A DNA stretch of 64,000 nucleotides from Amoebophrya sp. A120 (taxonomy: Eukaryota; Protista; Dinoflagellata): assembly GCA_905178155.1 (NCBI GenBank), contig CAJINV010000012.1, positions 1,244,492 through 1,308,491 of the forward strand, read 5' to 3'. A program made the position numbers and the translations under genes. Below are positions 1 to 12,000 of this stretch, in pieces. The stretch's first letter is position 1, and the number at the start of each line of letters is the position of its first letter. Below the pieces are notes generated by a model. That model worked only from the letters and a program-made list of their open reading frames with translations, was not told the origin of the DNA and did not search any database.

Positions 1-60
1 TCATGCCAGGCTAGCATCTCAAATATCGCAATCTCCCAGACCCAGAAATGTTTGCATTCG
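1..60. mobile_element. Introner family A (partial, right end)
   Basis: CCAGACCCAGAAATGTTTGCA TIR. Confidence 0.75.
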
Positions 61-3000
61 CTAAACGCGCTTTTCGTTTTCCCGAACAAACCACCGGCGG
101 TGGTCCTGGCAGAATTGCCCGCCTGGCCGGTTTTGTTCGTCATTGCGGTCGTACTCGTTTCCGAGCCGCGCACGGAGCTGCCTCGGCCCAGCGGCACCAC
201 GGTCGGGGTGTACTGTTCCTGGAATTTCTTCTTGTCGCGGTCCGACCACTGGTCGTAGTTCACGGAAAACATTTGCACGTCGCTCTCCGACTCAGTGACC
301 GTTTCGTGAATGACTTTCCGGCTGTCCACGCCGAAGGTGTTGATCATAATCAGCGAGTTTTCGTGGTACTTCCGGTAGAGCTCAAACCAGCTCCGGACTA
401 TCCCGCCCTTCGTTCGCTTCAGCAGCAGTGCGTACTCGTGGTAGAGCAGGTCAAAATCCTCGATTTTGGTCATGGTTTTCCCGTAAATCTTGATGTTTCC
501 CTTCAGCAAGCAGTATATGACCTGCTTAAACATTACAGTCTCAAACGTTACAATAGAATGTCGAAATCTCTGATGCAAGAGTGCATGATCTAGCCAACTC
601 ACGTAAGATTGCGCATGACACGTTCCGGAGCCCCAAACCCCACTACAATCTGACGAAATTTGTATTGCAAAAGGTGGAACGCTATGCGAGTCTGTCATGA
701 CCATCATGCAACACAAATTCCAGATTCTATTGTAACGTGGTTTGAGATTGTAACGCTTGAGCAAGTTGTACAGTACTGCAGCAGCTTCTTGCAGTTCTCC
801 GGTTTCCAAAATTTTTTGTAGGCTTCCCGGTCGTTTTGCAATAGGAAATTCTTCACCAGCTTTTTCAGCGCTATCTGCCTCCCCTTCTGGCACTCGCAAG
901 AACTGGTGGTTGATGATGATGCAGCAACTCCGCTCGGCGCGGCGGTTGGTGTTGCCGCGGGATAGTCCTTACGTCTTCCGCTAGAAGAAGTAGTCGCTGT
1001 GCTAGTTCCCGTGCCGGCGCTAAAAGAACTGACACCACCACCAGCATGCAAAGAAAAACGTGTTACAGTTACACATCTGTTGTCAATTCAGCAGCACAAA
1101 TTTCTGCGCATGAGGAAGAAAACTTGCAATGCAGAAATCCTACGGGAAAACACCTATGAAACGAGGCTGCTATGCATATTCGGCATGACAGAGCTTGTCT
1201 GTCTTGCTTGGAATGCAACACAAAGTGTAACTGTGACACTTTTTTAGCGCGATAACCACTCGATTCGTAGTTCTTGTTTGGGTCGTAGTCGAACACGAAC
1301 GTTTCCTTGGGCTGCAGTATCAAAATGAAAAATCCCCCCTCTCCATACTAAAACGGAGACTTGTGTAGCGTGATTTGCTACCACAAATTATCGCGTTGTC
1401 ATGCTAGAAGGCAAAAGATGTAGACACTGTAGTGCTGGCTGGCGTGGGAACAAAGCCTTGCATCTTCAGCATGACAGGAGGCAACTGGGAGTGGTGCGAG
1501 ACAGCATGACAAATTGCCTGCAATTCAGGCCACAACAAACTGCGTCTCTTGGCCTTCTAGCAATACAAGTCGATTTGTGTACGCAAATCCAGCATCACAA
1601 ATGTCCTTTTCAATATGGGGAGGTGGGATTTTTCCTCGCAATATGCAGAATGATCGCTTCAAACAGCGTGGAGAGCAGCACGAAGTCTGGGTCTTTCCCG
1701 CTCATCAGGTCGCCGAACACGATGGTCGAGTTGACGTCCATGAAGATCATGATGCGTTCCTTGGGCCGCGAAAACCGCTCGATGATGCGCGTGAAAAACT
1801 CGTCATCGGTCATGGCATCCAAGATGCAGACCTTGCACAGCACCACATTGTACTCCTTACTGTACAGGATCGGCGAGCACGTGGTCTCGCGCGTTGAAGA
1901 TGTCGCGGAGTTTGCGGCTACTTGATCCCCCGCCGGGCGGTCGTCGTTGTTCATCGGGTTTATTTTGCTACTGGTGCTACTGTAACCGTCCTCATACACA
2001 CAGCTCGAAACCTCCTCGAACCCGTTTTTCCCGATCGAAAAATCAACAAACCGCCCGGACACGTCCCGCAAGTTCAAAATCCCGGGCAGAAACTCCGTAC
2101 TCAGCTGCGGCTCGGGTAAGAGTTGCGAGGACCTACTACAGGAAGCGTCGTAGACGCCGCCAGCATAATTTCCGATATTTCCCGACGCATTGATATTGTT
2201 CTCTCCTCCCTCGCCTGCAGAGGTCCGGGCTGAGGACGCTGCTGCTGCTCTTCGGGATTTGATCTTGGTAATACCCAAAGTAGGTGTTTTGGTCACCGAC
2301 TTCTGACTGGATGTTTTCAAGCCCTGTTCTACTCCTTGAAGGTTCTTGTCGTCTGCTGCTGTACTAGTTGCGGCCGACGTGCCTACATTAGTAGTACTGC
2401 TGCTACGATTGCCAGGATGAACATTGTTCCCGCCCGTGGCTATAACTTCCTCTTCAAAAAATTCCAGATTATCGTCGAAGAAGAACACGCAGGTGCGGCT
2501 ATCCCGTGTGAAAACATCTCCACTCCAGAGCTGTCGTGCAATTCTGCATGCCAAAAAGGTTTCTCATGCGGAGCCCTATGAGAGGCATTTGCTTTTCGTG
2601 TTTTGGGATTTGTGATGCTAGGATCAGCATGCTGTGCTAGATCTGTGATGCTTCTGAGCTAGCGAAACAGGATCTCACTACGAGGACAAACTTGTCATGC
2701 CAAACAACCAAAGCTGTGTGATTTGTCTAGCAGATTTCCCATCTTGATTCTGGTGTGGGGACGTTTTTGATCATGATACCGGCTCGCGTAGGAAAAAGCC
2801 GGAATCACCTTCGCGCCGCCGTTCTTGAAAGTTATGGATTGCAAAAATGTCTGGGTCTGGAAGTGGAAACTTGTAGTGCTAAAAGTGAATGATAGAGGCA
2901 CTGCAGTGCGCAGCTATGCATGACAAATTTTTTGGCTACTATGTCTTACGTACTCCGCATGGCAAACTGCATTTTTCCATGACAGGCAAGAGGGCTTTTT

Positions 3001-6000
3001 CGTGCCTATGCAACACAGATTGTCGAGTCATGCCAGGCAAGCATGACAAACTTGCATTCTACTTCCAGATCCTGACCCAGACATTTTTGCATTTGATAAA
3101 AGTCTGCTGCTTCCAAAAGTTGTAGCAGGAAGTAGTCACGTGCAGGCCGTAAAGGTCCTTGATTTTGTGCAAATAGGCGGCGAAGTTGTTTGCGAACTGC
3201 CGCCGCGCCGGGTGAAAGCGGCACGTGGACTATGCAATGCAAAAGCATCGTACTCGTATTGCAATCATGCATTATGCTTCTTGAGGTAAATCAGCATTAC
3301 AAATTTCATTTCTCATGATGTAATGCATTTAATATACGAGTACGATACTTTTGCAATCCATATGGACAGCTGCTTCGCGATCTTGTTGTTGCCGTTGTTT
3401 CCACCAGCCGCACCTGAAACGGATAATTTCGCACTTTCGGTAATGCTTTTCTGTTTCGTTACCACGCTACCTGGTCCTCCCGGCGCCCTCACCATTTCGC
3501 CGCCCTCAGAAGTTGTTGTTGGGCTTCTTTTCTCATTTACATTTCCGCCTCCATCCTCGTCATACCCGCCCTGTTCAAGCGCCGAGACCTGCGGCGCAAG
3601 CACCGCGGTGGGTTTGCTCGAGTACTCGCAACAGCGCGAGAAGTCCACGTCCTGAAGAAGAATGTGCATGTTCGGCACCCCCTTCTTCTCTTTCCTTCGC
3701 TCGTACACCTGCTCGGTGCGGATCTTGTCCACCCGAATGAGCAACTCGATCCCAGTACTACTGCTCGAGGAGGGATGATCCCCCGTCTTGTCAAAACTCT
3801 CGTGCCTTTGTAGTTCAACATCTACGACATCTTCAGCTGAGGTAGCGCATGCTGATAAAAACCCTGCTTCTGCAGCTCGTTCTTCGTTCGCGAGACGAAG
3901 AGCTTCATCTGATGTACTAGCATTTCCATTTTCGTCGAGTGGACCTACATCCTCCCCCACGACCGTCGAAGCGCTGCTGGCACAGCTACTGTAGTTGGTC
4001 ATTTCTTCCAAATAGAATTGAGTGGCTTCAAACAACTTCGAGTGTGTGCAGTGCATGGCCCAGTGGACAATGTCCATCAGGTGCACATACACAATGCACT
4101 CCAGCGAGTCGCGGTAGTTGTACTTCAGGGAATCAAAAATCGCGAGGAGGAGCCGCAGCGCCCGCTCGTAGCCGATCACCTCCCCTCGCTCGCCACTGGT
4201 GCACGCCTCGAAATAGTTGGGCAAGTGATAGTATCCCACGAAAAAAGTGTTACAGTTACACATCTGTAGTCAATTCAGCAACACAAATTTCTCCGCATGA
4301 GAGAGAAAACTTGTAATGCAGAAATCCTACGGGAAAACAGCTATGCAACGAGGCTCCTATGCATATCCGGCATGACACAGCTTGTCTGTCTTGCTTGGCC
4401 TGCAACACAGTCTGTAACTGTAACACTTTTTTCTTGCGATAGATAGCTGAGAAAGCCGGGACGCTCGTGGATGCCGTCCAGGTTGAGATATTCGATGAAC
4501 CGCTTCTGCTCATCGAGAAACAGTTCCGAAAACGCCTGCTGAATCTTCTTCCCCTGTTCAAAGGTGAACACCCGGGCATTGCAGCACAGCTTGATCACCG
4601 CCTTTTTATACATTGCAAATATGTCTGGGACGTCTGGGAAGATCTATATTGGAGGAGTTTTCTCATGCACAATTGTAGTACTTACATGAACCGCGTTCTT
4701 GCCTGATGTAATCCATGCTCTAGCATCTACTTCACACCTATCGTCGCAAAGGCTTCCCTATGCCTATGATCCGGGTGCTCCTTTAATTATAATTTGCTGC
4801 ACATGCAATACAGGTGTATGTAGCATAGAAAGTTAGCATCACAAATCCCATTCTATTTTCAGACCCAAGAAACATACTTGCAATGCATACCGCTCCTTCG
4901 CGGACGAGAGTTCGGCCAGGCATTGCGCGGACCGGTTGTGCAGGTAGATGTCGTAGGCCATAAGAATCGAAGAAGCCACGTCGTAGCTCGTCCCTTGGTG
5001 TTGGTGCGAATTGGCCGCTGCGGTTTTTTTGGAAACAACCAGCTGGTGCGCGTTTTTATTTTTTGAAGATGTCCCGCTGTTCATCATGTCATTGTTTTCA
5101 TCTTCGTGCTTCTGCAGGTCGTTCTCCTGCATTCCTAGCTGTCCAGCTGTTGCTTCCCTTGTAGTTCCGGCTCCACTTGTGAGAGGATCTGCAGTTGAGG
5201 TCAATATCGCCCGCATGGCAGAGGACTCGAGAAAGTATTGCAACGCATGCCGGCCCATCTGGAAATTCCGGAAAACGTTCTCCGTCATCACATGGCCCAT
5301 ATCGGCGAAACACAGGAACTATGCATTGCAAATATGTCTGGGTCTGGAAGAGTGTAACTTGTCATGCTGCATCTGGATCGTGGAAAAATTTGTCTTGCAT
5401 GATCACCAAAAGAGGTCCACTTTTGAACAAGTTTAGAGGCAGTTTCTCATGCACGAAAGGCATGATAGAGATCTCACAGAACCTGTCATGCTAGGCAGCG
5501 CATGCCAGACCGTGTGGGCCATGGAAAACCTGCATGACAAGCCTAGCAATCTTCCAGACGCAGACATTTTTGCATTTGATAGGAACAGATAAAAATGGTA
5601 CAGCTGCATGCAGTCCGGAAGCAGGTCCGGGTGAGGAAGCGATTCTTGTTCCTGTCGCTTATTTCCGCTAGCAAAACCCATTCCTCCCGCTGCAGTAGAC
5701 GTGTGTTGGTCCGGCGTCGCTCTTCGATGCGACGAAGGAGAGGACGCCGTGCGAAGATTTTCGTCGATTCGTGTCCGCCCACTGTGGCGCGGATAACCCT
5801 GCGAAACGTCGTCCATTGTTCTTCCCGCCACCGGATTTATCTTTGTACTTGCAGGTGTTGTTGTACTTCTAGCATCAAGCTGACCGACAGTATGTCCACC
5901 TGCGGTACTAGATGATCTTCCACCACGACCAGCTGCCCGGTCGTTATTTGTACTTCTACTTCCTGCCAATAAAACACTCTTGTTCCAATTCGCGCAGGTT

Positions 6001-9000
6001 TGCAGGATATAAACTGCAAATATGTCTGGGTCTGGAAAGATCCAAGGTTTGTCATGCTTGTCGGACATGCATCTCAACGATCTGTCATGCACATTACCCA
6101 AAAGTGCCACTTTTCTGTCATGCAGAAGCTCGCTTTGTCATGCAGAAAAGCCAAGACTGTAGCACCTCCAAAACTTGTCATGCTTGCCAGTCAAATGAGG
6201 TGTCCTCGTCTTCCGCAACCAGCATTACAAGTTTCCAGACGTAAACATAATTGCAATGCATACAGGAATATCCTTAAGAAATCCAGGGACGCGGGCACGC
6301 ACTCGTTCTGCAGAAACTGGTTGAAGCGAAACCGCATCTGGATCAGGGTCTCGATAACCAGCTGCCACTTTTTGGGCAGTCGGTTGAAGCTTGGCAAGAC
6401 GGCGGCGTTTGTTTTGATCACATGCGTCAACACCGTGGACGGGTCAAAGATGATTGCGTTCGCACTTTGGTCGTTGCTTTTCTTCATCTTCTTCATCTTG
6501 TGTGACTGTTGGATTTGAGACGTAGAAGATTCTGCCTTATTTTTTCCACCACCACTTGCTGACGATGTTGTCCCACCTCCCATAGCCATGCCCAAATCCT
6601 GTCGCAACAGTGGCAATTTTCCGAGCTCGTGGATGGCCAAATAGGCGAAGACCGCGTCGAGAATCTCCTTGTCGAAAATCTTCACGTTTTCCGTCGCCCA
6701 ACTCGTCAGCTCCTTCCAGGCGTAAGTGGTCAATTCCAGATTATTCTTATCCCGAGGTGGATGACCAACGGCGCTCGTAGTAGTTGATGTTGCTGTTCCA
6801 CCGCCACCGGCACCTCCACCGACGGTCATGTAATTCATTTTTCTTGTGCCGGTACTGGCCGGCACTAGATTGCAAAATTCCTCGTATTTGTCCGTCACGA
6901 TGCAAAAGACGGTGAGGAACCCGGAAACCGTGTGCTTCAAGATGTGCTTCGGCGAACGCGACATATCTGAGTACGCCTTCTTTGCCGAGGACGTCGGTGG
7001 CTTTTTACCTGACGCGATAGAATACACAGAACTGTCGCCCAAGTGGTCCTCATCTACTTCTTGCTCATAATCATTTTCATCTCCAGGTCGTGATCCGGAA
7101 GATCCACCATCAGAACTGCTGTTTTTCATCACACCATCAAGATTGTGGAACTTCTCCGCATCCACGAAAAATTCCGAATTGCGCTCGTCGGTTTCATACC
7201 CCCGGAAGTAACAGAGCTCCGGGTAATAATGCTTGATCTCCTGAAGAAATTCTTCCGGCGTCGTCCTCGGTTGACAAAAAAAATGATCCGGTCGTGCAGC
7301 TGTCGCTCGTCCTGCGCGGCCGTGTTTAGATACACTTCGTTGTGATGAACGACCCAAAGCACCAGCTGCGGCTGCGGCATGTGGTCCTCGAAAATCATTT
7401 CCACCGACACCGGAGATGTCTTTGTCTTTCCTCGCTGCTCGATGTTCATTGTGAAGATTGTCATTATTTCCCCCAGGTCGTTTCTTCTGCTCGAAGTGGT
7501 CAACAGAAGTATCTTCATCTTCACGGTCCTCGTGCGAGCTCCACCCTAAGATTTTTTTCGAAATGAATTCTCCCGCTTTTTCCGACAAATTTCTCAAGAT
7601 CCTCTCGTCCTCTATCGGCACCCAAGGGCGGGCACTGACGAGGTATTCTTGGTCATAAGCCGCGCCCGCCTTGCTCGTGTTGTGGTGTTCTTCGTGGTCC
7701 GACACGCTCCGGATGGGAAACAAGTCCAGCCCCACGTTCTCAAATTTCACGGCGGAACTATAGGATTTCGTAAACTGGGTCAAATCCCGAAACTGGATCT
7801 TTATCGGCTCATGTTTACTTCGCACAACATGTTCTTGCGGAGGACGAAACGAGGTTGAGGCTCTACTAGTACTGAGAAAGTGATTGTTCGACGAAGCCCT
7901 TGTGGTATTTTTCATCCCCGTGGTCGTTGCTGCCGATGACGATATTTTTCCGACGACGCTGCTCTGTGCAGCGTCGAAAACTTTCAGCAAGATTTTCAAC
8001 GCGTGTACCAACTCGATCCGGGGGTTCTCGATCGCCGCCTGGAAAAACAAATGCGCGTCAGAAAGAACGAACAGTGTGGATGAGGAACCACCGGCAGCTC
8101 CATAGAACGACAACCCCACACCGCGGCCCGGTTGATGAAAAGTGTTAATACTGCTAGAAGTCGTACTACCCTGAATGGTCACCAGACAACTACCTTCCCT
8201 GCTGCTGTACTTTGACAAGTACCCTTCCAGACGTTCCCACGCGCCCCGATATCAACTGCAAAGATGTCTGGGTCTGGAAGAGTGCCAGCCTTGTCATGCA
8301 GGTTTTCCATGACCCATGAGGTCTGGGATGTAGGACATAGCATGACAGATTCTGCGAGAGTTCTATCATGCCAATCCTGCATGAGAAACTGCCTCTCGAT
8401 TAGGTCAAAAGTGGACAGCTTGTGGTAATCATGCAACACAAATTTTTACATGATTTAGATATAGCATGACAAGTTGCTTTGTTCCAGACCCAGACATTTT
8501 TGCATTTGATACCCGATCCTCTTTCACCATGGTCGCGATCGCGTCCCGCAGCAGTTCCCCGTGTATCGCTATCCTGAGTAAAAACGTCCCTACACCAGAG
8601 CCAAGGTGGTAAATCTGCTAGACAAATCAACCAGCTTTGGCTGTTTCGCATGACAAGTTTGTCCTTGTAGTGTGATCCTGCTTAGGTAGTTCAGCAGCAT
8701 CACAGGTCCAGCACATCATGCTGATTATAGCACCACAAATCCCAAAACACGAACAGAAAATGCCTCTCATGGGGCCCAGCATCAGAAACTTTTTTCGCAT
8801 GCAGATTTGCATGGCAACTCTCAGGTGGGGACGTTTTTGCAAAGGATACTCGCCCCGATTTCCGTGCTGACACTGGTTGCGCTCGTCAGGCACGCGAGCC
8901 GCACCATCGCGGGGTTCACGGTTTTCGGGGTTCCGATCGATTTCAATTCGATGAGCACCGGGACCGACGTCGCTAGCCGGATCAGGTAGTTGTAGTAGAT

Positions 9001-12000
9001 TGCGTCCTCTGTCATTTCGGAATCGTAAAAGTCCAGCAGAACGAGGAGCGCCTTTTCGATCTCATCGAAACTTTTTTGTGACTTTCGCGCAGATGGAAAA
9101 GCGGATGATGTTACGTGGTCAACACGACGACCGGTTTCACTGTCATTGTCTTTCTCTTTGACTTTGTCTGCTGCTGTGCCTCCTGCATCAAAATTCGTAG
9201 TGCTTGTCACCTTGCTCTTCCTGTAGTTCTCCGTTCCATAGGTTGCTTTTTCATTCCCGCCATTTCGACTTGCAGTGCCACTCTCGCGCTCGCCAAAAAC
9301 GACTGCCTTGTCAGAAGTGTGATAAAAATTCGAGCAAAACTGGCACGCCTGTTCTAGGGTTAAAACCGCGAGAAAGAAGGCCAAGCCCGAAGAGGATTGG
9401 TCGGCTATGCTGAGCAAAAACGTCCCCACATCAGAGTCAAGATGGGCAATCTGCTAGACAAATCAACCAGCATTGGCTGTTTCCCATGACAAGTTTGCCC
9501 TCATAGTCTAATCCTGTTCAGCTAGTTCAGCAGCATCCCAGATCCATCTAGCACATCATGCTGGTTCTAGCATTACAAATTCCAAAAGACGACTAGAAAA
9601 TGCTTCTCATGGGGCTCCGCATGAGAATCTTTTTTGGCATGCAGATTTGCATGACAAGTCTGGGGTGGGGACGTTTTTACTCAGAATATCGGTGTAAGCA
9701 AGGTCTCCCTCCGGTTCACCCGAAATAATCCCTGCGTAGCTGTCGACAGCAGGTGGACCACGAGCCAGCTCATCTGCATCGAGTTTCATGATGTTCCGCA
9801 TGTTATACAAATCCACCAAGCTATCCCCTACGGTTTCCCCGCGAATGAACTGCTCAAAAGAGAAGTCCGAGTCCAGCGTTTCGTACACGAATCTCTTCAA
9901 CGGGCCATCCAATCTGGCAAAACTGGGGAACAGGTTCGGAATCTGCGTTTCCAGTGTAAGTTTCTTTCTCTGGTGTACAACACCTTCGTTGGTCGTTGAA
10001 AAAGTCGTGTGCCCGTCGTCGTCTGTTTTATTTTTGCCATTCGGGATACTGCTGTCACAGTCACCGTGGCCATGCTCCTCAACGAGCCCGAGTTCAAGAA
10101 TTTCCAGCACGAACGCGTTTTTCTGCCAGGGGGGTCGAGAGGAAGTCACAGGACTTTTCATCACTGAATCACCTTTAGAAGAAGAAGTAGTTCTACACCC
10201 GCCAGTTGTCGTGCCTTCTACCTTCTTGTCCACCTCCGTACTAGAGCTACAGCACTTCCGCAGTAGCCTCTTCACGTCCTTCCTGAATCTCGCCACATTG
10301 TGCAGCCGCGAGAGAATCAAGCACACAAAAACCGCGTCCAGAACTTCCGGCCCGGCCTCTGCGATCGGTTCGATAAAGCACTTCTGCAGGTTCTTGAAGG
10401 AACGCTTCGAAATCATTGAAGGAGCTCTCGAAAAAGCGGAGGTTGTGCCGCTACTACTCTCGTTGGCTGCACCACTTGCTGCTTCATGAGGAGCGGGGTT
10501 AACATCTCTAGGCGGCGTGCCGGTCGTAGTCGTTGACGGTTTGATATAATTTCCCGTGGACGTCGCAAACACGAAACCGTTGTAATCGTCAGATAATAGG
10601 TAGTAAAAAGCGGCACAAAGCCGCCGCACCTCGTCTCTTGCGGCACTTGCAACATTGATGTAGTAGTTCTTTGACTTTTCTGGAAGTAGATGTTGTGTGT
10701 TTTCATTGTCACGCGGCTCCAAATTATGTTGAGCGACGTCCGACTGAGTCCAATAGTACCCGAGTTCCGGATAGACATTTTGCAACCTCGTGAACAAGAG
10801 AAATGTTTCGGCCTCGTACGATGTCTTCTGTCCGCCATTCGCCAGAAGCTGCAGACCGGCGGAGTACAGTACCCCTGTCCGCATATTAAACCGCCTACGT
10901 TTGATCATATTTCCGGTGCTTCCCAGCCTAGGAATTCGTGACGGATTATCTTCCGGGCGGGAGGAAGCTGACTCCATGAGTTCGTCGGCAGAGGAAGTAA
11001 AATCTTCGTATTTATTTCCACTCCCAGAACAATCATCTGAGCCCGCAGACGTTGACTCATTTTTCATCTCGTATGCTGTTTCCTCATCCTCGACATCTTC
11101 ACCTTCATCCCCATGATCTTCTTCTTCCGACAAACCATCATCAGCGGTTTCCTGCCGACTCAGGGACCCCCGCGCCCCAGCTTCCAGCATCTTCGCAACC
11201 AGAGTGTCGGCAAACTGCAACGCAGAAGTTTGAATTTCGCTGATCTCGACCGGATCCAGGAAAAACCGCCAGGGAGAGAGCTTTGCGACAAATTGTCGAG
11301 TTTGATGTTCGTCGGCTACGGTCGCCCCTATTCTTGCGGGTTCATCGTCGTTCACGCGGGTCGTCGTCGTCGTGTGATTTTCGACATAGAAAAATGTGCT
11401 ATGCTCGTAAAGGAAGGAGGCGACCTGATGCGAAAAGTTGTCTTGCGCAAGTCCAGCAGTATCGTTTTCGTTGTTCTGAACTGCCGGTACGATTGTGTCA
11501 GTTTCAAAGGCGTGAACGTGATCGTCTGTTTCCTGAGAAATAAACTCGTTTGAAGACGAGGACCTCTGAACTGGGTCGACGACGTTTTCTTCTCCATTGG
11601 TCCAGATGACATTACGCAAGTCGTTCCTGTGCAGTGCGCCGATACCGATTAGGAAAGCCAGGTCAACACAAATGTAGTTGGACTCTTGAAGTTCGTGTTG
11701 ATGCGCCACCACATCAACTCCGTCGATGTTGATGTCGTTTCCTCGCTCCTGCTGCAAGGGCGGCTGCTCTACTCCCCCTACGGTCCGAGAAGTTAAACGC
11801 CACAGCCTTTCCGCCTCGTCGCACACTCGCAAGAGCAGCTTCAAAGCACGTTCGAGGCCGATGAAAGTAGAGTTTCGGGCAGATTTCAAAAAAACCGACA
11901 GTTCTTGGATCAAGAGTTGCGGAGGTCCGGAGAAATTCTGTTGCTTTCTGTGTGTTGTTGAAGATGCAGTAGCTCCACTTGCCATGCTTGGAGGAGATGT

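Larger units (their letters stand above)
61..3230 (-). other. HAD-like domain region
   Basis: CVFFFDDNLE (~2470), IMIFMDVNSTIVFGD (~1710-1750), IMINTFGVD (~325-350). Confidence 0.5.

Noticed and set aside
6000-6190. Recurrent peptides such as CKYVWVWK, LPDPDIF and CKNVPT in many short ORFs
   Set aside because: They are translations of introner TIRs, not proteins.
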